Assembly (NCBI RefSeq): GCF_018350175.1
Contig: NC_058368.1
Location: 175,152,001-175,216,000, forward strand
Direction: 5' to 3'
Source of the DNA: Felis catus
Lineage: Eukaryota
Length of the DNA stretch: 64,000 bases
Within the stretch, counting starts at the first letter, position 1; each line of letters opens with the position of its first letter. The notes beneath the pieces were generated by a model. It saw only the letters and a program-made list of their open reading frames with translations, was not told the DNA's origin and made no database searches. This document shows positions 37,440-48,286 of this stretch, one piece after another. The position numbers and the translations under genes were made by a program.

Positions 37440-37975
37440 GCGTTCACTCAGCCTTCGTTTCCTTTTCTTCGGCTAAGCACACCCCCAGCTCCTTCCCAAG
37501 GCTCCCGGTGGCGGGCCACCAGTGGCCCCGCTCTCAGGTGGGAGGGGTGAGTGGGGCTGATCTTCTCCCAGCTCCTAGGAGGGGGCAGTTAATCCGGGAG
37601 TGGCCAATGGGAGCGTGGCTTCCCCCTGGCCGTGGTGATTGGCGCAGAGATGGGCACGTGATCCGGTCGGAGCCAATCAGAGTTCTTCTCGGGACGTTTT
37701 CTGCAAATGATCGGGAAAGGTGGGTTCTCTCCGGCCAAATTTGAACGCGAGAGGACGGGAGCCTGGTGCTCGTAGCAGTTATCTTACCACCGCGTGGAGC
37801 TAGCCTGTCGGAGAACGGAGCTCCTCCCAAAGGAAAGCAGAGCCGCCAGGTGGAGACCTATCGTGAAGATGTCGTGGAAGAACCTAGATGTCGCTGTACC
37901 CGGAGAAACGCTGCTTCTGGATTTGGGGGGTGTGCGAGCACCCAAGTCTTTTCCTGTGGTGGTTGTGAAAGTGAG
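37440..37975 (+). mobile_element. Old MaLR LTR (MLT1K/L-like), CpG-rich, with three CCAAT boxes and an E-box
   Basis: gtgattggcgcagagatgggcacgtgatccggtcggagccaatcagagttcttctcgggac matches the MLT1K/L core as recalled. Confidence 0.65.
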
Positions 37976-38713
37976 CCCCTCGGACCTGTCGCTGTGGAGC
38001 ATGGTAGACTGAGAGCCCCTCTGCGTCCCCCACATCTGTTCCCAGGCCAGGCTTCCCCCCGCCCACGTGGAGAAATCGCTCTGTAGTCTAAGGCTCTTTC
38101 TACCCAGCCCGTCTTCTTTCCTTCTCTCCTTCACAGGCTCGGACCTGAATCACCTTGACTCTTCCCCTGAACCTTTCCAGGTGCTTCTGTCTCTTGCGGG
38201 CCTATTCCCATCTTGGCACCTGCTTCCTGAGAGGAGCTGAACTCACCCTTTGACCTCCTTTTATTACTTCCCTAAGCCAATGTGAGGTGGATTTCTGTCG
38301 CTTTCAATTGAACAGTTTCTGAAAAACACAATACGTCCGCTGAGGAACGTGGGTCTTGTCCAGAAGGTGACGGAGACTCTGGGGGGTTTTAAGTAGAGGC
38401 TGTGGTCAAATCTCTGTGGTGGGGCCCTCCTTGTGCCCTGTGAGGGGTGGGCCGGAAGGGGGGACTGGAGGAAGGATGCCAGCCGGGGGCTATGGAACAG
38501 TCCAGGGGGGCATGATGTGTAAGCCAAGCCAGGCAGTGGAATGGTGGAGGGAAGGGAGAGGATGGGTTTGGAAGCGGGTCTTGGAACCAAGGATTTGATG
38601 ACTGGTTGGAAAGCAGGATGGATGGGGTGAAGAGGGAAAAACAGAAAAAGCCTCCGGGTTGTCAACTCTGCGGATCACAATAATGATGTGAGGGCTCCCT
38701 GTGGACTCTGACC

Positions 38714-38747
38714 TTTCTTAGTATCACAACTTTCTTAGTATCACAAC
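38714..38747. repeat. Perfect 17-bp tandem duplication within a MIR
   Basis: tttcttagtatcacaac occurs twice in tandem. Confidence 0.95.
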
Positions 38748-40211
38748 TGCCCTCCGGGGTAAGGAACATGATTAGCCCATTCTAAAGATGAGAAGACCGA
38801 GGCTGAGAGAAGTTACAAAGGCTTGGCCAGTGTCTGACAGCCAATGGCGCTGGGATTTGAACCCAGGACCGTGAAGGCTCTAAAAATCAGTGTGCTCAGC
38901 CGCCACCCTATGGGTCACCATCAACGGTGGCCCTTCTCCTGCTGCCCCCTGAGCTGCCACCTCCCAGGCCATCCGTAGATTCGCTCTGTTGGAATGGGCA
39001 GGAGAACGGCCCATTTTTCATCTTCTTTGCTCTTTTTCCGAAATCGTCGATTGTACTCTTGAAACAGCTAGCTCATCGGCCGGAGAGAAAAAAAGAATTT
39101 AAAAAAGAAAAGACCTCATGGAATTGTATTTACCTCACCGTGGTATTGTCACCGTTTTGCCGTATTGCACTCACTCACCATAGCGAGAGCTAGCAACATC
39201 TTTAAATGGACGGCAGTCCCTTGATCCCAGTGTTACCATTTTCCTGTGTCCACCGGGACACGGCCTTACCTGTCAGAGGCATCTGACTTTTGAAAATGAA
39301 CCACTGTGCGGTTTTGCATTCTGGGAAAGGAAAGCGATCTCGCCAAGAAAGCCGTCCTCCTCTCGTCCTTGGGGGGCAGAGGGCGTGAACACGGCTGCCC
39401 ACACTTTTTGACAAACATGGGAGCTAAGTTCTTCCTACGTAACCTTTCCAAACAGATCCCTTATTTGTGTGTGCTTTACTCTTCATTTCCCACACATCCC
39501 TCTGCATTTTTTTTTTTTTTTTTTTTTTTTTTGCAGCAGACTGACTTCTCTGATGCCCGGGGTGTCAGCTGGCCTCTCCGTGAAATGGGGATGCGAAAAC
39601 TTAGAGGCAAAAGAGCAAATTCTCACGATCAGCTCCGATAAGAAAAGAAATGGAATAAAAATGGTTTCACGGGGGAACTGACACGAGCCAGGTTGACGCG
39701 GGGAGACCCCTGGCCCGTCCTGTGTTTGCAAGGCAACAACTGGCTGCGTTGAGATTGTGTCTGCCAGATGCACGGAGATGATGGTTTCTCGAATGCCCAT
39801 TTGGTTCCAATTGTCGTGGTGGCTATGAGTTAGCTTAACAGAGAGTAGGTACACACTGACCATAGCCAAAATAACCACATAGGGCATTGCAGGTTATTTT
39901 GTGTGAACGAAAGGAAAGGACGAGGGCAGGGAGGAGAAAGCATGGAAGAAAACACGAGTGAGGACCACTCACCATCTGAGGCACACTCACCGTCTCACTG
40001 AGGAGCCCCAGAGACCTGCCAGTGACATGTCTTCGCCTGCATTTTGCAGGTGAGGGGAGCAGCCTCCAGAGAGGTGAGGACACCTTTTTTGTAAAGGCGG
40101 GGCGAAGTTTTGACTTCAGCCCCGTGTGACTCCAAGCCTGACACTCCGCTTTCCACCAGGACAGAGGCGGGCACCACCTAATCAGTGACGTGTCTCTAAA
40201 GATCTGGCCAG

Positions 40212-40335
40212 GCAGGGCGTGCCTGGGTGGCTCAGTGGGCGAAGCGTCTGTCTCTTGATCTCAGCTCAAGTCTTGATCTCAGGGTCATGAGTTCAGGCCC
40301 GTGTTGGGCTCTTCTTTGGGTGGGAAGCCTACTTA
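40212..40335 (+). mobile_element. Short older CAN-SINE lacking the (CT)n tract
   Basis: tRNA-like head, ends agcctacttaaaa; TSD aaaga(t/c)ctggccag at 40198-40211 and 40645-40658. Confidence 0.88.
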
Positions 40336-40437
40336 AAAGAAAGGAAGGAAGAAAAGAAAGAAAGAAAGAGAAAGAAAAGAAAGAAAAAAAGGAAGAAAGA
40401 AGGAAAGGGAGAAAGAAAGAAAGAAAGAGAAGAAGGA

Positions 40438-40477
<40 letters not shown>

Positions 40478-40512
40478 AAAGAAGGTAAGAAAGAAAAGAA
40501 AGAAAAAAAGGA

Positions 40513-40544
<32 letters not shown>

Positions 40545-40579
40545 AAAGAAGGTAAGAAAGAAAAGAAAGAAAAAAAGGA

Positions 40580-40623
<44 letters not shown>

Positions 40624-40644
40624 AAATAGAGGGACGGAGGAAGG
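40335..40644 (+). repeat. (GAAA)n complex purine microsatellite expanded from the SINE tail
   Basis: About 310 bp, almost only A/G, lying inside the SINE TSD pair. Confidence 0.97.
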
Positions 40645-42393
40645 AAAGACCTGGCCAGAAGATTACCTCACAAATTTTCTCTTAAGAATGAAGAATAAGC
40701 CAATGCACCAGCACCGCCCTTTAAAGATGACGGTCAGATTTCCCCGGGGGCGCCCACGGTGTCACCCCCGGCCTGACCGCAATTGCATCGTAACTGCCGA
40801 GCCGCCACTGTACAGGCTGGCCCCCTCCAGGCATGCACACAACTCGCAGAGCCCTGGAGGGTCCCACAAGGGCCCATGCACAGTCTTCTTGTCTTCTGCT
40901 CCAGCCACATCTCAAGGCCCACTGCCACTAAGTTACTTTGTACCCTGGTCCCACATGGCTCTGTGGGCGCCCCAGTCTCTGGCCCAGGGATTCCTCTGGC
41001 CAAAGCAGTCTCTCAGCAGCATCACTGGCCCCTGGATACACAGAGCGGGTGCCCGAGCTGAGCTTGCGGGACAGACCCAGTGGCTCCTGGCCGCCGCCTT
41101 CCGAGACTCTGGTGCTCACAGCTGTGTCCTCATTCTCCTTTAGGCTTAAACAAGCAACCAGAAACCTCATGAAATTGACTCCTTAGGAGCCTGCCCGGGC
41201 TTTCCCCCCACAGGCCCAGGCTTGTCTGAATTCCAGAGTGGGCTCAGCTAGAATCCTCGCCCTCCAACTTGGTCTCTAGGAAAAAATTCTCAATCTACTC
41301 TCTCACATGAGCTTCAGAATAATCCTCGAAGTTGGCAAGAAGCATAGTTCTTTCTCCTTTGCAAATGGGGGGGGGGGGGGGGAAGCTCAGAAGGCGGCGT
41401 GGGGGGAGGGTCAAGGTCAGGTTCCCAGTCTTGCGAGAGTGTGGCTCCCACCCTTCGGTGCTGTCTCCCTTCCCTTCCCCTCGGGGGGCTGTGGCCCCAG
41501 CATGAGTCTGGAGTCAGACACCCTGCCTTCCACTTCAACCCCGGCTCCCTAGTAAGTTCCTGGACTTCCCTCAGCCTCACCTCTTTGTAAAACCGACATG
41601 GAAACCCTCCCTACCTCTGAAGGCTGCCACAAGGATCAAATGGAACAACCCCTACCCGAAGGATCCGAGCTCCAGGCACAGAGAAGCCGCTCACTGGCCC
41701 TCAGCATCCCCAAAGACAGGCCAGACGCAGTGAGGTCCCAACCGAAGCATAGAGCTCTGAACGACCACCCATTCACCTTTCGTGTGGGGAAATGGTCCCC
41801 CACCCCAGCTCATACTTTTGATCTAAAATGGGTGTAAAAATACATCTTATTCTGCGGAGCTCTTGTAAGGGTCAAAGCAATAAATGTGATTACTTTTTTG
41901 GGAAGCCAAGGCAGGCCCATCAATTATTACTGTCATCACCAGCGGTCCCCAGGTGTCACTAGACTCCCTAGAACCTTCTTTGCAATGGACTTTTAGGGAA
42001 GATTCTTCCAAGTATGGAGAAAAAAACCGAGGCCCGCCCTGCTGACTGTGCCCAGGATGGGGCATGCACGTTTGCCAACATCAGCGCCTCCACATCTCAC
42101 GTGGGGCCCTTCCCTTTTTTACAGACGAGGAAACTGAAGCTCAGAAGGGTGGCTCAACCAGCCCAGGGTTGCGTGGCCTGTGACAGAACAGCTGGAGAAG
42201 CAGGAATTCGGTCCACCTGCTTCTCCCATGCTGAAAGATCCAGGAGAAGGGGACCAGAAAGCTCATGGACAGCACATCCGCACAGCCTCTTCTGGTCATG
42301 CTCTACGAGGACTTCTATTAAAAACCAGGGCAGGGCCTGGTCAGAGGTGAAAGAAAGAAATGGTCCAAAGGTAGCCTGTTAGAAAACGCTCCC

Positions 42394-42614
42394 GGGGCGC
42401 CTGGGTGGCGCAGTCGGTTAAGCGTCCGACTTCAGCCAGGTCACGATCTCGCGGTCCGTGAGTTCGAGCCCCGCGTCGGGCTCTGGGCTGATGGCTCAGA
42501 GCCTGGAGCCTGGTTCCGATTCTGTGTCTCCCCCTCTCTCTGCCCCTCCCCCGTTCATGCTCTGTCTCTCTCTGTCCCAAAAATAAATTAAAAAAAAAAG
42601 TCGGAAAAAAAAAA
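42394..42614 (+). mobile_element. Young felid CAN-SINE
   Basis: TSD agaaaacgctccc at 42381-42393 and 42615-42627. Confidence 0.97.
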
Positions 42615-43307
42615 AGAAAACGCTCCCAAGTGGGAGGCCAGGCAGAGGCTCCTTGGATAGGGCTGTGCTGGTAAGGAGGGCAGTGACAGGTCTGAGGTGG
42701 CCGCCCCTCCTTCCCCAGTGCCCTCAGGGCCAGCGCAGAAACCGGATCCCAGAGGTAGAACAAACAACTTGGCTGTGGCCGGGCGGGCTGCCTCTTTGTT
42801 GGGCAATGGCGCCCTCTTCTGGCAGCACGAAGAGAAACGGCTTTAAGGAGAGGTCATTAGCAGCAAGGTCTGGCGCTCACTGCGAATCATGAAAACAGTA
42901 ACACTGATGACGGTGTCACAAATAGTAAGGCTACATAAGGAGGAAGAAGAAAGGCTTCTACGGAGCACTTAGTGCCAAGCACTGAGCCCATGTTTTGCAG
43001 ATGTGCTTCCCTTTTCCCTTGAGTACTAAGGTTTTTGTGAATTTACGGAAGAGTGAGATCCAGAGAGGTTAACGCACTTGTCCCAGGTAAAGACGGGCAT
43101 GGCTTCGTATGCCTGCCACCGGCCTGCACTCTATAGCTTGGGGAAAGGCACTTTGGGCCCCATTTCCCTTATGCCCCAGTCAGAGTCTTGACAATATGGT
43201 CCCCCTTTTTTTTTTTTTTAATCCTGTTCTGCAGGGACAAATTCACCATGCCGCGTGGATTCAGTGCAGTGCTGCAATGGGGGACGCAAAAGCAAGATCC
43301 CCAGCCT

Positions 43308-43505
43308 ACACGGTTTGCTACATTTAATAAGTAAATAAATACACAGAACGCACAGTGAAAATTGAATTCCACGCGAACAACACAGCGTGAGTGTGAAAAT
43401 ATCCCCAATATTGCCTAGGACTGACTGACGCTTACACAAACTTACTGTTTACCTGAAATTTGCATTGAAGGAGGTGTCCTGAATTTTACCCAGGCCCCCT
43501 CCCTA
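43308..43505. mobile_element. MER53 palindromic MITE (hAT)
   Basis: aaatacacagaacgcacagtgaaaattgaattcc...ccaatattgc...tgtttacctgaaatttgcatt...gtgtcctgaattttacc...cccta. Confidence 0.8.
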
Positions 43506-44513
43506 GATTAGGAATGTCTGTGCCACATCCCAGTTGAGTGACCTTGCATGGACTCTACGACCCTGAGCTTCAGCTGCGGTATAGTAGAAATGACTTCTGG
43601 AAAAGACAAAAGAAAGAGCTTCCGCCTCCAAGAGTCATCACAATGAGCTGGTAGCCTCCCAGCAGTCGTGACTCCTTGGGCATGACGCCTAACCTTCTCT
43701 TAGCCTTGGGACCCTCGGGAGCCAGGCGGGCCCAGGCCTGGCTCATTCAGCAGATGACAGAAGGGCCTGGGTCGGCTTCTTCAAGATCCTTTCAGCCTTC
43801 GCCTCCAGGTCACAAGGTGTTCACGCCTGCTTCTGACACCGTCCTCACAAAACTGTGTCCGAAGGCAAAAAGGGGGTAGGGGGTGGGGGGTGGTTTCCGG
43901 GCCAAGTCAACTTTCCCTCATTGTCCAGAACTGGGTCAAAAAGAGGCTGGGGAAATGAGTACCTGGCATTTTCGGCCTCGGTAGCAGTAGATGACCTCTA
44001 CCTGCGAAGAAAAGACCAGAACGATAGCTGTTGGTTAAGAGCAGATGCAGTACACTCATCCCAGGCTGGGGCCGGGCTGTGGGAGCGGTCCTAGAAGGTT
44101 AGAGCTCAGAATGTGTGGGCCACTGAGCCCCAGTTGTGGCTCTTGTGCTGCGGTGGCCTTTGTCTGGGCACCTCTGGGTCAGGGCCTGATGCCCGGCAGG
44201 TAGTCAGGAAATGATTGAGGAATGAGTGGGGAAAGGACAGGGACAGCCTGGCTGGCCTCAGGCTGGGGTGCAGAGACCCCCGAGGCATAAAATAAAGGGG
44301 TGAGGGCATGAGTCATTTCTAAGCGGTACCCAGAGAAGGCTGCGATTTGGGGGCGTTTGGAAAGTTCCCTACCAGCCAGGTCACTGGTGCTCTGGGCCAC
44401 TACAAACGTTCTCTCCCTCTCCCCAGCTGCTGTTCTGGGGGGGGGGGGGGGGGGGGACAGCCACGTTGCAGGAGGAAGAGCCAAACCAGCAGCCAAGAAA
44501 TGTTCATTTAATT

Positions 44514-44516
<3 letters not shown>

Positions 44517-44554
<38 letters not shown>
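44517..44554 (+). repeat. A38 homopolymer
   Basis: Seen directly. Confidence 0.95.
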
Positions 44555-44558
<4 letters not shown>

Positions 44559-44869
44559 GGATTCATGTGTTACTGCCTTCCCCGAGCTCCACGTCCGAGT
44601 CAAACCTACACCATGCACTTGCCCCTCCCAGGCCTGCCCCCAGGGGCAACTCCTCGCCCTCCCTAAATCAAGGCCTCTAGCCTCATTTTTGTATTCAGGC
44701 AGCATAGAGATCAGTAATTTGTCTGCCTTTGACCAGATTGGAAAGAATAATGGAATGTGCATGAACATCCTTCCCGTCCGTGGAAGCTTGGTTCAACGCT
44801 TATGTTCTCAACCTTCAGCGGAAAACTACACAGCTGGTAAAATCAGTGGGCTGGTCCAGCTTGCCAGTT

Positions 44870-45140
44870 TGGAATGATCTCTAAGATATCTTCTTAAGTG
44901 GAACAGAGTGAATATATGGCATGATATCATTTTTGCCTGAAAAAGTTACGTGTATGTGTCGTATATCTATACGTACGAGTGCATATACGCACATTACACA
45001 TGCTAGAAGAATGTACTAGAAGCTGATGACACTGATCTCCTTGGAAAAATGGCTGGGGGATGGGAGGGAGAATTTACTTTTAGCGCGTATTGTGGTTTTG
45101 TTTGAATCTTTAGTACAATGTGTGGGTGTTCGTTAAATAA
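44870..45140 (+). mobile_element. L1ME-type 3' fragment
   Basis: ggaatgatctctaagatat...aagtggaa...atatggcatgatatcattttt. Confidence 0.5.
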
Positions 45141-45214
45141 TAATAAGCGATAACATTTATGAAGCACTTCCTGTGGGCCAGGCATGGTTCTAGGAACCCC
45201 ACACATATTATCAC

Positions 45215-45645
45215 ATGCAGCCGCCTTCCCCCTGTGGAGTGGTACATGTGGCCTCCTTTCTGGGGAGACAGCTGACCAGCCTGGGACTACATTACCCAGC
45301 CTGCCTTGCACCCACTGGTGGCCCCATGCCTGGTTCTCACCGGTGAAATGTCTGGCGTTGTTAGGATGAACCTCTGAGAAACCAGGGTGCCCTCTGTGCT
45401 CACTTCTCCTTCCACCATAGGATGCAGAGGATTGGCAGGCCCTAGACGAAGAGGAACCACAAAATGAAAGGCACTCAGTCTCCTGAATTACCTGAAGGAA
45501 GGCAGTCTCCTGCCGACCAGGATCACCCACATTGAACGATGACGGAAGACGTAAATAGAATTCTGTGGAGTTAATTCCATGGGTGAACACATAGAATTGT
45601 AGAGTGTATTTCTAACAGCAGCCAGTGTTGCTCTAACTCGCACAC
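45215..45645 (+). mobile_element. MLT1J-like MaLR LTR
   Basis: gactacattacccagcctgccttgca...ccaggatcacccacattg...aacagcagccagtgttgctctaact. Confidence 0.75.
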
Positions 45646-45829
45646 CAAAGCTTAAAGGATCTTATTGATTGCTAAGTGCAGACTGAACTGGCCCGGGGCT
45701 CAACCGTGGGCATGGGAAACCCAGTCAGGAAGTTCCCTAGGGGAGACCAGCAAGAACAAGTGTCCTAGTTAATGTCCTGCCAGAAAGCTTACAGGTTCCC
45801 TTCTCCTACACATATCATGGAAACTTCTA

Positions 45830-46545
45830 GAAGCTTGATTAAATCCCAGGTGAGTGACTTTTTTGGCAAGAATACTTTATAGGTGGTGGTGCTGTGTACT
45901 TCCTACTGTGTCTGGAGACATTTCCTGTCAGGGTGTCCCCACTTTGGTGATACTAAATTGTCCGACGAGTTAATGTAGTGTCAGCTTAATTGCATCACCT
46001 AGTGCAAGTGAGCACATCAGTCTATCCCTGGAGAGCTTTAGCGAACATTAACGAACGTTGCCATGATGGAGTGTTTAATTTGCAAAAAGTTCATTTTCCA
46101 ACTCCATCATTCCTCCTGCATTTTCTAGTTTTGATCCTACTAAAGAGAAGAACATTTCTTCCTCAGCCGTTTGCTTATCCTGAAAGATGGTCTGTAGAGA
46201 AAAGCCAAGATACACGTTTCATTCTTTCCCTATATCGATCAATTTTCAGAATAATGAACTGATACCCTAGCAACCTCCAAAAGTAAGTAGTAACATCATT
46301 ATGCCTTTGCCTTATTTGGATCCATCGCAGCCAGTATTCTTTCTGATGAAAGTCATCCCTCCTTTAGACAGGAGAGGGGTCCTTCAGATTGGCTCCTCTC
46401 CCATTCTAGATGTCTTTGATAGCTTCTTTAAGGCAGGATGAGATATTTTATATTCATCTTCCACATTCCCCGTCCCAGACCTGGATTCGGACATCACTCC
46501 AAGGGACTCTGGTTTCTGTGAGTGGGGACTGGTATTTAAGCTTTC
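45830..46545 (-). mobile_element. L1MC-type 3' UTR fragment
   Basis: tttttggcaagaatactttataggtggtg...; ccccgtcccagacctgga...ccaagggactctggtttctgtgagtgggga. Confidence 0.6.
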
Positions 46546-47084
46546 AAACCCTTCCAAAATTTACGAGAAACAATGATAGATACAAAATTTTAAAAATCCT
46601 TCTCAGCAAAGGAAAACAGGAAAAAGTGTCTACAGCGCCGAGAAGAGAGGATTCTCTGCACATAAAAATGCAGAGAAGGTCCTACCATCATGACGCATCA
46701 CAGGGAAAGAAAGAGATGCCTTCCCGAGGAGGAAGGCAAAGGAACCCAGCAGACCCCCCGGCTGGGACTAACAAGAGGAAAGCCGTGTGCCCTGAACATG
46801 CGCCTTGGGGGAGGAAGCACATGGATAACCCAGCCCCCCATACACTTGCACACATTCCTGAGCCAAACCCTTTCCACTCAGCCCCCAGAAAAACTCTATT
46901 AACCTCCCTTCAGAGATAATGAAACGGAGGCTCTGGGAAGTGAAATGACTTGCCCAGGGGCTCACAACCAGTGAGGGGCTGCTGTAGGCTGAAGGCTCAG
47001 CTGTCACTCCCAAACCCGTGCCGTTGATTAAGAAAAATTACTCATGACGTTTGTTGTTACTTACTTATGTGTTTCCTCTCAAAT

Positions 47085-47361
47085 GCGTGTCTTAAAAGTT
47101 GGGGTGCCCACTGTGGGGGCTTGAACCCTTTGCCCTTCAGGGAGAAGCTCTGGGCTTGGAGTTCCTCCTGGGTATGGGTCACTGCACTGGGGTTGGGGTT
47201 TATGGCAAGGTTGGGTCCTGTCTTGATGTGGCTTTCTTCTCATTTGCCAAATGTGTGCTTGGTTGTCACTCAGCCAGCCCCTAGGTGTTTTAAAGGGGAG
47301 ATTGCACCCTATGCACTTGTAGACTCGGCGTGGCCGTGGGAGGAGGGGGGTTGCCATCTTG
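47085..47361 (-). mobile_element. Isolated L1 5' UTR (promoter end), Laurasiatherian type
   Basis: Minus strand begins caagatggc (YY1 core)...cctcctcccacggccac...gagtctacaa...ggcaaatgagaagaaagccacatc...ccataaacccc...gagcttctccctgaag...ggcaccccaacttttaagac, as recalled for Laurasiatherian L1 5' ends. Confidence 0.7.
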
Positions 47362-47380
47362 CAGGCGCGTCCATGACATT

Positions 47381-48286
47381 TGTTGAAGACGTAAGGACGA
47401 CTTTATTCAAGAGGAGCCATGTCAATAGATGTAGGGACCGCTGCAATGGGGTCTTACAGCAGGGGACAGAGATGAGCTCAACTCCGAGTACAGCATGGGC
47501 AAGTGGGAATTCATAGCCAAGGAGCAGGTGGAGGTCAGGGCCTGGAAAACGACAAGGAGCACACACAAGGGGCAGGGGAGTGTTATGACTGCTAAGGAGA
47601 CACTTGTTAAGTGGAGCATGGGATGCTGGATGGTGAGCCGCCATTCAACAACAGACTCCAAGAGAAATTAATGTGGACAAATCTATTACTCACAGGTCCC
47701 GGAGGAGGTGTATCGCGTGCCTTGATGGGTTCCGGGGCTAGGGCCAGATTAGTCAATTCACACCCAAAGAGCGGCATTGTGGTGAGCCCCCCGGGGGTCT
47801 AATCTAAGGGGTTCCGAAGGCACACAGGCAGGGGGAGGTGGGGAGACTGCTGATCGCAAAGGCTGTTGGGAAGTCAAGTTGAGCGCGTACATTTGCATGT
47901 GATTTACAGCTGCTATCCAGGGCAGAGCTTGCAAGGGGAGCTAGTGTCAATGTAAGGACCCCCAGGCTGCTTGGCCAAACAGAATGGATGCCGGGACGGC
48001 AATATCACAGAGCAGCTGAGCTAGACTCTTGACATAGGGATTCTGGCTTAATTGACCCTTTCGGATTCCTGCTGAAGACAGGCCAGGGTGATCAGACATC
48101 ACCTGGTGGGCAGAAGGATGAGTGACCCAACTGGATAGTGAAGGTGGGGGATTCTGGTCAGACTGGCTTAGCAGGATTCTTGCAAAAATTGGACAATGCA
48201 GAGGCGAACATGAAAGACCAAGCCCTCATTGAAAACCAGCTCTGAGGAGCCTTCACGGAGTTTGGTCAAGGGGTGAAATTTTGTCA
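47381..48286 (-). mobile_element. MER31-like ERV1 LTR split by a nested LTR
   Basis: Minus strand starts tgacaaaa...cttgaccaaact and includes caggtgatgtctgatcaccctggcct, ccatgctgtactcggagttgagc and aataaag near its end. Confidence 0.8.
47605..48034 (-). mobile_element. Nested solo LTR (ERVL, LTR47-like)
   Basis: TG...CA termini with imperfect inverted ends (tgttaag / cttgaca); minus strand reads tgtcaagagtctagctcagctgctc...ggacctgtgagtaata. Confidence 0.65.

Noticed and set aside
40227..40685. 152-aa Lys/Arg/Glu-rich ORF
   Set aside because: Translation of a SINE head plus (GAAA)n microsatellite.
42394..42470. tRNA genes at SINE heads
   Set aside because: A/B boxes are present but continue into SINE body, (CT)n tract and poly(A); they are not tRNAs.
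47100..47130. tRNA-Lys primer-binding-site-like sequence ggtgcccactgtgggggcttgaaccc
   Set aside because: Several mismatches, not adjacent to an LTR 3' end, and embedded in the apparent L1 5' UTR.
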